Below are positions 62,801-64,000 of a DNA stretch of 64,000 nucleotides, one piece after another. A program made the position numbers and the translations under genes. The notes under the pieces were generated by a model. That model saw only the letters and a list, made by a program, of their open reading frames with translations. It did not search any database and was not told the DNA's origin. The DNA lies in contig MU053379.1 of NCBI GenBank assembly GCA_013239625.1, forward strand, positions 568,490 to 632,489, written 5' to 3'. The stretch comes from Lama guanicoe (lineage: Eukaryota). How positions within the stretch are numbered: position 1 is the first letter of the stretch; every line of letters starts with the position of its first letter.

Positions 62801-64000
62801 CAGCCGGCATCACCTGGGCACAAGGAAGATGTCTAAACAGTGGCCTTAGGACCTCCAGAAGAGCCAGAGAAATTCCAGGGGGAGGCCCTGCCTTGCGGGA
62901 AGGGCTCTACAGCCCCCCAGTGCCCTCTGCTCCTCCATCCACCCCTCACCGGGATTTGTTCTCAGATGCAGCTGAGTGCGGTCTGGGGCGGGTGTGCTTG
63001 TCGGGGAACTCAGGCGCTGGACCAGGAGGCCCTGAGGGCAACGCCCAGGCCGGCTGTGCCTCTGGCAGGAGAAGCTTTCTATCACCTGGAATAGAACTTC
63101 TCAGGGACGAGGATGGAGGGGTCCACAGCCCTGGCAGCTGGCACTTTCTCTGATGTGCGGGGCTGCCCAGAAACAGCCGCTGAGCGGCAACTGTCAGGTT
63201 TATGAGTTTCCTTGGTGTTAATCTTCCCAGAGAGGCAGTCAATTCGAAAAGCAATTTTCTAAAGAGGCTTTATCAGGAGAGTCAGTGAAGGGTGCTTGAC
63301 TGAAATAAAAGGGAAAATAGAACTGGCTGGGAGCATCTGCACTGGACCAGCCAAGTGCAGTGAGCGCAGCAAACTCAGGCCCCGCCGGCGGAGGCCACAT
63401 GTCCCCAGAGCACACTGTCCTGTGCTGGCCGCCCCCACCCTCCCTGGTTCACTCAGCTCCTTGAAGGGTGTGGCAAACTCCGGATTTTCAGTGAATGTGG
63501 AAATCAGTGTTCAAACCTGGCGTGACTGCCAGAGGCAGCCCGGGAGAGAGAGAAGAGGGTGTGCTCGGCTGCGTGGACGTGCGCCGGTCAGTTCTGAGCC
63601 GCAGTGTCTCCTGTGTGAGTTAACGCCCCCCTGACAACGTGACGTGGGAAAGAGAAAACATCACAGTGACCGCTGCTGTTCTTAAGTGACCGCCACGTAG
63701 CAGATGTTCCAGGCACTTGGGGAAGCACGGCTCTCATTATTCCAGTCACTATTCTAGCAACACAACCACAGCTTCGTAACGACTTGCTGTTATCACACAG
63801 CTGAGGATTGAGAGCCCACAGAGCAGTCCACAGGCCCCCGGAAAGCAGTGCCCGTTTCTAGGCACAAAGCCACTGAGCCCTCGTTTGCCGCACTATGCAA
63901 TAAAATGAAGATGGCAAGATACACCTGGGCCCCCCATTTGCCCTTACAGGACTCGGGCACCAGGCTTTGGCACGTATCCTCTGAAAGTTCAGAGGGTGGC

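Noticed and set aside
1..64000. CRISPR arrays, operons or other prokaryotic/viral systems
   Set aside because: No regularly spaced repeats or gene-dense segments; the window is explained by one spliced mammalian gene plus interspersed repeats.

Overview
Mammalian genomic DNA, probably from a camelid given its tRNA-Ala-derived Vic-1-like SINEs. The window lies inside PCSK2 (prohormone convertase 2 / neuroendocrine convertase 2) on the + strand. Six coding exons are present, equivalent to human exons 6-11 (77, 89, 176, 216, 101 and 228 nt; all GT-AG; phases join into one open frame). They encode most of the subtilisin-like catalytic domain, including the catalytic His and Ser and the PC2-specific oxyanion Asp. 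The 5' exons and the last exon lie outside the window. The introns are repeat-rich: a full-length but inactivated ~7.15 kb antisense LINE-1 with an exact 18-bp target-site duplication (TSD) nested in an older L1, truncated L1s, three SINEs, an ERV solo LTR, and MaLR, MIR, L2 and hAT relics. I found no evidence for a novel multi-gene system, and almost all other ORF-track entries are L1 relics or noise. The best leads are regulatory or splicing signals: a candidate poison exon in the L1 5'UTR, two strong co-oriented CTCF motifs, a double RFX X-box, paired RE1/REST-like sites, and a CpG island over exon 9 with 70/72 G/C-ending codons. Repeat family names and orthologue comparisons come from memory of consensus sequences, not from a database search.
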